Shown here piece by piece: positions 63,537 through 64,000 of a stretch of DNA of 64,000 nucleotides; the first letter of the stretch is position 1; each line of letters opens with the position of its first letter. The position numbers and the translations under genes were made by a program. Location: assembly GCF_006345805.1 (NCBI RefSeq), contig NC_042997.1, positions 212,350,001 to 212,414,000 of the forward strand, read 5' to 3'. The notes beneath the pieces were generated by a model. That model saw only the letters and a list, made by a program, of their open reading frames with translations. It had not been told where the DNA came from and searched no databases. Origin of the DNA: Octopus sinensis (taxonomy: Eukaryota).

Positions 63537-64000
63537 CACAGATTATTGGTTGTCAAATCACTGGTCCACATGACAAAGTTAAAACCCAACAACAAACACA
63601 ATGATTTCAACTTAATAAAAGATGTCGAGAAAGAAATCACAAAACCTCTTTCTCTGTTTTGGTAACTTCCACAATAATTCCACCCCTCCTTTTATTTTTA
63701 TTTTCAAGGACATTTATTTAAAATATGAAATGATCTTATATTTTGCCACAACAAAACAGATTTAACAGTTGATGTTTATTGATAAAATAAAGCAAGGTTT
63801 ATTGTTATATTTGGGGAGGGTCATTTTGCCAGCAAACACACGCATTCTTTATTTGATCTTCACTTTAGCTTTATTCTTGTCTGAGTTCTTTTATCACACA
63901 TTCTGTGACTCCTTCAATGACTATCTTTTCTTCTCCTTCTTCATCTCTCTGGTCTTATCCTGCCTGTTTAGTGGAATTCCCCAAGATGGAATAGACAGGA

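Overview
This is AT-rich, repeat-dense eukaryotic DNA. The SINE/LINE repertoire and microsatellite load suggest an octopus (coleoid cephalopod) genome; that is an inference, not a database result. The only host gene sequence I can support is one 171-nt phase 1-1 exon of the mitochondrial calcium uniporter (MCU, + strand, 53694-53864); its other exons were not found. The rest is intron or intergenic DNA filled with tRNA-derived SINEs, a (GAT)n-tailed SINE-like family, and fragments of RTE, CR1 and R4/Dong-like (REL-endonuclease) LINEs. It also holds two decayed mariners, two inverted copies of a 1.24-kb TA-flanked TIR element, piggyBac-type MITEs, a non-autonomous Helitron, Penelope-like remnants, three tandem arrays (67, 32 and 21 bp units) and several fold-back palindromes. 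There is no CRISPR array, rRNA or intact tRNA. The most notable observation is a complete minimal type I hammerhead ribozyme fold with a compensatory U3:A8 core (37836-37878). It sits in the loop of a perfect 103-bp inverted repeat flanked by TTAA, and two further hammerhead-like variants lie at about 1960 and 56280. Most ORFs in the supplied track are artefacts of repeats. Coordinates of decayed elements are approximate.
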